A stretch of DNA of 32,000 nucleotides from NCBI RefSeq assembly GCF_007748075.1, contig NZ_CP036280.1, forward strand, positions 930,001 through 962,000, in the 5' to 3' direction. Below, piece after piece: positions 17,000 through 24,500 of the stretch (position 1 is the stretch's first letter; each line of letters opens with the position of its first letter). The DNA comes from Mucisphaera calidilacus (GTDB lineage Bacteria; Planctomycetota; Phycisphaerae; Phycisphaerales; Phycisphaeraceae). The translations under genes were made by a program, and so were the position numbers. A model generated the notes under the pieces. The model saw only the letters and a program-made list of their open reading frames with translations. It searched no databases and was not told the origin of the DNA.

Positions 17000-17853
17000 G
17001 CCGTGAATATAGGCTCGCTGGTGTCGGCGGTCAGGGTGTGGAGTCGGTCGATTTCGTCGCTGTTCAACGGGCTGTCATCGTCGGCGGCGAGTCGGATGGC
17101 GAGCCGCATGAGTTCGGGCAGGCCGGGTGTGATGGCGGCGCAGACGCCGGGGGTGTTGAGTGTGAAACGCAGCTGGAGGTGCGCCACTTCTTCGCGGTCT
17201 TCGGGCAGGTACCAGAGGCGTCCCTCGTTGGGGTTGGTTTCGTCCGGGGCGAACCGTCGCCTCGCCATGGCCTTGATGGCGAGCACGCCGACGTCGTGGG
17301 CCCGGCAGGCTTCGAGGAGCGTGGGGCCGAACCCGCCGGTGTGCCATGCGGCGAAGTTGATCGGGAAGAGGGCGGTCTCGATGTGGCCGGTCTCGATGAG
17401 GCGGATCGCGGCGGCTTCGTTGTGAGCGCTGAGACCGATGTGGTGGATGACGCCGCGGTCGAGCGCGTCGCGGAAAGTTTCCATGGCCCCGCCCGGGGCG
17501 AGGATCTGGTCGACGTCGTCGTCGGTTGTGACGGCGTGGAACTGGTAGACGTCGAAGTGGTCGGTGCGGAGGGCTTCGAGCGAGGCCTCGAGTTCGCGGC
17601 GGGCGCCTTCTGCGGAACGCTCGGTGGTTTTGCAGTTGAGGACGCATCGGCTGCGGTGTTGTTCGAACGCGGGCCCCATGCGTGCCTGGGCGTCGCCGTA
17701 GCTCGGAGCGATGTCGAAGTAGGTGATGCCGGCGTCGACGGCGTCCTGGACGATGCTGCGGCATTCGTCGTCCGGTTGGCCGTTGAGGGCGATGCCGGGG
17801 AAGCCCAACTGCGAGACCTTGAGTCCTGTGCGACCGAGTCTGTTGTGCTGCAT
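16996..17853 (-). CDS. aldo/keto reductase
   Basis: Trimmed to the ATG at 17853, which has AAGGAG 6 nt upstream. MQHNRLGRTGLKVSQLGFPG, YFDIAPSYG, FDVYQFH and IGLSAHN are AKR hallmarks. The stop overlaps the next start as ATGA. Confidence 0.85.
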   Translation of the reverse strand: MQHNRLGRTGLKVSQLGFPGIALNGQPDDECRSIVQDAVDAGITYFDIAPSYGDAQARMGPAFEQHRSRCVLNCKTTERSAEGARRELEASLEALRTDHFDVYQFHAVTTDDDVDQILAPGGAMETFRDALDRGVIHHIGLSAHNEAAAIRLIETGHIETALFPINFAAWHTGGFGPTLLEACRAHDVGVLAIKAMARRRFAPDETNPNEGRLWYLPEDREEVAHLQLRFTLNTPGVCAAITPGLPELMRLAIRLAADDDSPLNSDEIDRLHTLTADTSEPIFTA

Positions 17854-17899
17854 GGCCGTCTCCTTGTTGCCCGCTACAGCATACGCCTTGTGCGCACGA

Positions 17900-17930
17900 G
17901 ACAACACCCGCTTTTGTGGCGGGTGTTGTC
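17900..17930 (-). terminator. 12-bp perfect-stem hairpin without U-tract (possible non-canonical terminator)
   Basis: GACAACACCCGC (17900..17911) pairs with GCGGGTGTTGTC (17919..17930) across a 7-nt loop. It lies between the lipoprotein gene stop (17953) and the AKR start (17853). There is no T-run on either strand. Confidence 0.35.
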
Positions 17931-17952
17931 AGGTGTCGGTGTTATCCGGTGA

Positions 17953-18255
17953 TCAGTCGGTTGGGACCTGCGCGAACTCGGTGGTGTTCGGGAAGGGCAG
18001 GTCCTGTCCGTAGAGCGGACGGGGTGCGCGCATCTTGGCCATACGGTCGGGCTGCAGATCGATGACGCCGAAGAGCTCGAAGCCGAGGGCGTCGCTGGAG
18101 GATAGGTTGATCTGGGTCGGCGAGGCATTAGCCTGGGCGTTGTCGGCCGAGCGTTGGCTCGTGTAGATCGACGCGGCGGGCTCGTCGGTGGTGCACCCGG
18201 TGGTCAGCAGGCCCAGAGCGAGCGTCAGGGCTGCGGTGGTAGCGGTCCGTGGCAT
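17953..18255 (-). CDS. small lipoprotein, function unknown
   Basis: 100 aa. MPRTATTAALTLALGLLTTGC is a signal peptide with a lipobox. AGGAGA lies 6 nt upstream of the ATG at 18255. Confidence 0.55.
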   Translation of the reverse strand: MPRTATTAALTLALGLLTTGCTTDEPAASIYTSQRSADNAQANASPTQINLSSSDALGFELFGVIDLQPDRMAKMRAPRPLYGQDLPFPNTTEFAQVPTD

Positions 18256-18461
18256 GGTGTTCTCCTAGGCGACGGTTCATCCTGCCGGCACAACCGGCTG
18301 GAATCCGCGGCTTCACGGGGTTACCAGCACCATCGGCCTGCCTTCGGTCATGGTTGTGTCCGGCGGGGAGAACCCGGTGATTTGGTCTGTCTGCGGGGCG
18401 TTCAGGAAGATCGACCGGCACAACCGGAAGACTCGCCGCAGTCCGCACCGTTTCGCGCATC

Positions 18462-18490
18462 AAAAAAGGCCGCGGGACGAGCCCGCGACC
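18462..18490 (-). terminator. intrinsic terminator of tpsA
   Basis: On the minus strand: GGTCGCGGG, loop CTCGT, CCCGCGGCC (9 bp with one G-U), then TTTTTT. It begins about 28 nt after the tpsA TAA. Confidence 0.8.
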
Positions 18491-18518
18491 TCGGAGAGGG
18501 GTTCGTATCGGTTGGGGG

Positions 18519-21500
18519 TTACTGATCGATCATGGCCAGTTTTTCGGTCGGCCTGGCGGCTTCGAGCAGTTGTTCGAGTTCCATGTTCTCGGGTGCGAGG
18601 TCTCGGATGAGCGACTCGATGGCGGTAGCGCTTTCGACCGGTGGCAGGGCGAGCAGTTCCATGCTTTCGATGATGCCGCCGATGGCCTCAAGGTTAGCCC
18701 AGGCGGCGAGGTCGTTCTCCTGGACGTAGGCACGGAAGGCCATGGCGTCGAAGGTTCCGCCGCTGTAGTCGGTGTAGGCGTCGTAGGCTGACGCGAAGCG
18801 TTCACGGATCTCGTTATCCACTTTCACCCGCATGGCTTCGCCGGTGTCGGGATCAAACATCGGCTGTCCCGCCTGATCGGTTGCGGTGCGGTAGACGAGG
18901 TCTTCGAAGTCATTGATGACGGCGGAGACGAGGCTGGCGTTGAGTCGGCCAACGGCGACACGTCGGACGGCGTTGGGGTCGGGCATCGCGGAGCGGGGCA
19001 GGTCGTCGTAGAGTCGCTGTCCGACCAGCCATTCGAGGACTTCGGCGAAGCTGTGGTCACGCGCGAAGATATTCAGTTCGGTGAGACGTTCGCTCATGGC
19101 CTGGCTGATCTGCATTTCCTCGACGATCTCGGCGTTCTCGATGCGTGGTGTAGCGGCCGCGATGGCGCTGGAGACGTTGGACGAGGATCCGCTCGCGGCA
19201 CCGTCGCCGATGAACCCGCCCGGGAGGGTGCCGATGATCACGTCGGAAGACTGACCGGGGATGATGGATGTCGGGTTGCCGTTGAAGGTGATCGTTGCGG
19301 CGTCGGTGCTCGAGGAGAGGATGTAGCGGATGGGGCTGAAGGAGGCATCGACGCCCAGGCTGGTGCCGGTCATGATGATGTTCTGGCCAACGACCATGTC
19401 GGCACCCTCGTCGATGACGACGAGCCCGTCGGGTGTGGTGACATTCTCCTGGGCACGCTGGATGAGTGTGATCGAGCCGCCCGATGCGACGCCGATGCTC
19501 GAGGTGGCCGTGAGGTCGGCGATTCGGACGTCGCCGCCGGTGTTGATCTGGATCGAGCCGTTGTCCATGGTGAAGCGTTCGCGGTAGGTCATGGTGAAGG
19601 CGTCACCCGCGGTGAAGGTGAGGATTCCGCCCGCCGGGCTGGCGCTCTGCCAGTAGGCGGTGGCGCGGTCGATGCTGCCCGGTCCGACGGGCAGGGGGAC
19701 CTCGGTGTTGATGACGATGTCGCCTGCTCCGGTGGTGGTGAGCGTGAGGTTGCGTGCCTGGATGCGTTCGAGCTCGCCACGCAGCGCCGAGCCGCTGAAG
19801 CCGTTGTCGCCGGCGCTGATCCACATCTCGTTGGCGCCCTGGGCGAAGCTGGGCGTGAGGTCAACGACCGTGATCTGCTTGTCGTTGGATGCGAGGATCG
19901 AGATGTCGCCGCCCGCGCCGGCACTCAGGGCGAAGTAGTTCTGGGTCCCGGCGGGTGTGGTGAAGTCGAGGTCGCCGGCGATCACGTTCATGTCGTTGCC
20001 CGAGGAGTTGACGGTGGCGTTTGTGCCGACGGTCAGGGTGCCGGTTCCGTCGTTGTCGTTGTCGGCGTCGAGTGTGGTGATGCCGTTGGTGGTGATGTCG
20101 GCGTTGATCGTGAGGCCGTTGTCGGCCGTCATATCGAGCGTGTCGAGGGTTGTGAGGGTGTCGTTGATGGTGAGGAGGCCGCCGCTGACGAGGTCGAGTG
20201 TTCCCAGTCCGTTGAGGCCGCCCGAGGTGGCGTCGAGGGTGAGGTCGCCCGCGGCGGTCAGCATGACGCCGTCGGCGAAGACGATGTCGTCGTTGGTGTT
20301 GGCGAGGTTGTTGAAGTCGCCGTCCATTGCCATGGCACCGGTGTCGGTGGTGACGTTCACGTCGACGCGGATGCGGTCGTCGGCCTGGACGTCGAGGGTG
20401 TTGAAGAAGGACTCGGTGCCCTCGAAGGCGATGCCTTCGCTGCCGGTCTGCCGGCTGATCATGATCAGCGTGCCGCCGATGTTGTTGCTGTTTGCGGCGG
20501 TGACGTTGTCGACGAGGATCAGGCCGTTGGTGTCGAGTTGCAGCGTGCCGCTGGTGATGGACTCCAGTTCGGTTCCGGAGATCGTCATGCCCCCGGCGAT
20601 GACGGCGTCGCCGAGCCCGATGCCGCCCCCGTGGCTCTCGGTGATTCGGATCAGGCCGGCGCCTGAATCGATGCGGGCGGTCGGGTCCATGATCAGGTCG
20701 TTAGCGCCGATGAGGATCTGAGCGTTTGTGGCGCTGGTGTCGATGCGGACGCCTGCGACCAGGGTCAGGTCGCCGCCGGGTGTTGAGGCCGCGTCGGAGT
20801 CGGCGTTGAGAGAGGCGAGCGCGCCAGCGGTCAGGTTGCCGTTGAGCGTGATGCCGTTCGCCGCCGTGAGGATGAGGTTCTGGGAAATGTTGAGTGCGGG
20901 GGTGGTGATGCCACCCGTGCGCGAGGTCAGTGTCAGGCTGCTCGCCGTGCTGCCCGCCACGACGTCCATGTCATCCTCTTCGGTGATCTGGATGATGCTC
21001 GCGGGCGTGGAGACGAACTGGAGTGAGCCGAAACGGTGCACCTCGCTGGCGTCGTCGCCGAGTGTGATGGCCGACGTGCTGTTGAACGTCGCCTGGCTGT
21101 TGATGTCCAGCGTGGTTCCGTTCTCGTCGGTGATGGCGCCGGTGGTGTCCATGGTGAAGTTGTCGGCGGTGTTGGCACCGGTGAGGACCGTGTCGTCGGC
21201 CTCGGTGATGGCCACGTCGCCCGTTGAGTTGAAGGTCAGTGTGCCGAAGGTGCTGGCGGCCTCGTCGAGCGTGATGCCGGCAGCGGTGCTGTCGTTGAAG
21301 TCGGCGTTGTTCGTGATGGTGAGTGTGTCCGAGTCTGAGATTGCGCCGGCGGCATCGACATCGAGGCTGTCTGCCGTGATTGCACCCAGATCGATGGCAT
21401 TGATGTCGTTGATGACCACTGCGCCGTCGGACGTCGCGGCGATGTCGGCGAAGTCGTTGAGCAGGTCGAGTGTGATGCCGTCGGTCCCGCCGGCGGCGTC

Positions 21501-24500
21501 GACGAGGGTGGTGAGCCCGCCGACGGTGATGGTGCTTCCGCCGGCCTGGGTGATGTCGCCATCGGAGTTGACGGTGAGGGTTCCGGTGACGTTGCTGGTG
21601 CCCGCGAACTGTGTGGCGCTGTCTTCGGTGACGGCCACGTTGCCGGCACTGTTGACGGTGAGGGTTCCGAAGTTGGTGGTGTCGCCTGCGTTGTCACCCA
21701 CGGTGATGTTGGCACCGGTGAGGTCGGCGAGGGTGGTGACGGCGAGGGCGGTTCCGTCGGCGTCGGTGAGGTCGCCTGCTGCGACAACGGTGAGGTTATC
21801 GGCGGAGATGTCGCTGAGGATCAGTCCGTTGATGTCGTTGATGCTGATGTCGCCATCGGACGAAGCGGCGATTGTGGCGAAGTCGTTGAGCAGGTCGAGG
21901 GTGATGCCGTCGGTCCCGCCGGCGGCGTCGACGAGGGTGGTGAGCCCGCCGACGGTGACGGTGCTTCCGCCGGCCTGGGTGATGTCGCCGTCGGAGTTGA
22001 CGGTGAGGGTACCTGTTACCGCGTTGGCACCCGCGAACTGTGTGGCGCTGTCCTCGGTGACGTCGACGTTGCCGGCACTGTTGACGGTGAGGGTCCCGAA
22101 GTTGGTGGTGTCGCCTGCGTTGTCGCCCACGGTGATGTTGGCACCGGTGAGGTCGGCGAGGGTGGTGACGGCGATCGTGGAGCCATTGGCGTCGGTGAGG
22201 TCGCCTGTTGCGACGACGGTGAGGTTGTCGGCGGAGGTGTCGCTGAGGATCAGTCCGTTGATGTCGTTGATGCTGATGTCGCCATCGGACGAAGCGGCGA
22301 TTGTGGCGAAGTCGTTGAGCAGGTCGAGGGTGATGCCGTCGGTCCCGCCGGTGGCGTCGACGAGGGTGGTGAGCCCGCCAACGGTGACGGTGCTTCCGCC
22401 GGCCTGGGTGATGTCGCCATCGGAGTTGACGGTGAGGGTTCCTGTGACGTTGCTGGTGCCTGCGAATTGTGTGGCGCTGTCCTCGGTGACGGCCACGTTG
22501 CCGCCTGAGTTAACGGTCAATGTTCCGAAGTTGGTGGTGTCGCCTGCGTTGTCGCCGAGCGTGATGTTGTCGGCGGTGAGGTCGGCGAGGTTGGTGACGG
22601 TCAGCGTGGTTCCGTCGGCGTCGGTGAGGCTGCCGGCATTCACGGTCAGGGTGAGGTTGGCGACCGAGGTGTCTCCGATGGCGAGATCGCCCGTTACGGC
22701 GATGTCGATGTCGCCCGGCGTCGTCAGGGCCAGCACGCCGAAGCTGTTGCCGGGGTTGGCGAGCGTGATGCCGTCGCCGCCACCGACTTCATCGATGAAC
22801 GTCGCGGTTCCGGTGACCTGGATCGCGTCGGGGGCAGCATCCTGCGTGATCGCGCCCAGTGATGTCATGGTCAGGTCGCCGCCGACGACCGAGAGGCCGT
22901 CGAACTGTGTGGCGCTGTCCTCGGTGACGGCCACGTTGCCGGCACTGTTGACGGTCAAAGTCCCGAAGTTGGTGGTGTCGCCTGCGTTGTTGCCCACGGT
23001 GATGTTGGCACCGGTGAGGTCGGCGAGGGTGGTGACGGTCAGCGTGGTTCCGTCGGCGTCGGTGAGGTCACCTGCCGCGACAACGGTGAGGTTGTCGGCG
23101 GAGGTGTCGCTGAGGATCAGTCCGTTGATGTCGTTGATGCTGATGTCGCCGTCGGACGAGGCGGCGATTGTGGCGAAGTCGTTGAGCAGGTCGAGTGTGA
23201 TGCCGTCGGTCCCGCCGGTGGCGTCGACGAGGGTGGTGAGCCCGCCAACGGTGACGGTGCTGGCGGCTGCCTGGGTGATGTCGCCGTCGGAGTTGACGGT
23301 GAGGGTCCCGGTGACGCTGCTGGTGCCGGCGAACTGTGTGGCGCTGTCTTCGGTGACGGCGACGTTGCCGGCGGAGTTGACGGTGAGGGTTCCGAAGTTG
23401 GTGGTGTCGCCTGCGTTGTTGCCCACGGTGATGTTGGCACCGGTGAGGTCGGCGAGGGTGGTGACGGTCAGCGTGGTTCCGTCGGCGTCGGTGAGGTCAC
23501 CTGCTGCGACAACGGTGAGGTTGTCGGCGGAGGTGTCGCTGAGGATGAGCCCGTTGATGTCGTTGATGCTGATGTCGCCGTCGGACGAGGCGGCGATTGT
23601 GGCGAAGTCGTTGAGCAGGTCGAGTGTGATGCCGTCGGTCCCGCCGGTGGCGTCGACGAGGGTGGTGAGCCCGCCAACGGTGACGGTGCTGGCGGCTGCC
23701 TGGGTGATGTCGCCGTCGGAGTTGACGGTGAGGGTCCCGGTGACGCTGCTGGTGCCGGCGAACTGTGTGGCGCTGTCTTCGGTGACGGCGACGTTGCCGG
23801 CGGAGTTGACGGTGAGGGTTCCGAAGTTGGTGGTGTCGCCTGCGTTGTTGCCCACGGTGATGTTGGCACCGGTGAGGTCGGCGAGGGTGGTGACGGTCAG
23901 CGTGGTTCCGTCGGCGTCGGTGAGGTCGCCTGCTGCGACAACGGTGAGGTTGTCGGCGGAGGTGTCGCTGAGGATGAGCCCGTTGATGTCGTTGATGCTG
24001 ATGTCGCCGTCGGACGAGGCGGCGATTGTGGCGAAGTCGTTGAGCAGGTCGAGTGTGATGCCGTCGGTCCCGCCGGTGGCGTCGACGAGGGTGGTGAGCC
24101 CGCCGACGGTGACGGTGCTGGCGGCTGCCTGGGTGATGTCGCCGTCGGAGTTGACGGTGAGGGTTCCGGTGACGCTGCTGGTGCCAGCGAACTGTGTGGC
24201 GCTGTCTTCGGTGACGGCGACGTTGCCGGCGGAGTTGACGGTGAGGGTTCCGAAGTTGGTGGTGTCACCGGCGTTGTTACCCACGGTGATGTTGGCACCG
24301 GTGAGGTCGGCGAGGGTGGTGACGGTCAGCGTGGTTCCGTCGGCGTCGGTGAGGTCGCCTGCCGCGACGACGGTGAGGTTATCGGCGGAGGTGTCGCTGA
24401 GGATGAGCCCGTTTATGTCGTTGATGCTGATGTCGCCGTCGGACGAGGCGGCGATGTCGGCGAAGTCGTTGAGCAGGTCGAGGGTGATGCCGTCGGTCCC

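Noticed and set aside
17953-19151. CdiA-CT toxin plus CdiI immunity interpretation (TpsA C-terminus with the downstream 100-aa ORF)
   Set aside because: I could not find a VENN-type pretoxin motif. A strong intrinsic terminator separates the genes, and there is a 264-nt gap. The small protein has a lipoprotein signal peptide, so it is exported, unlike typical cytoplasmic CdiI proteins.
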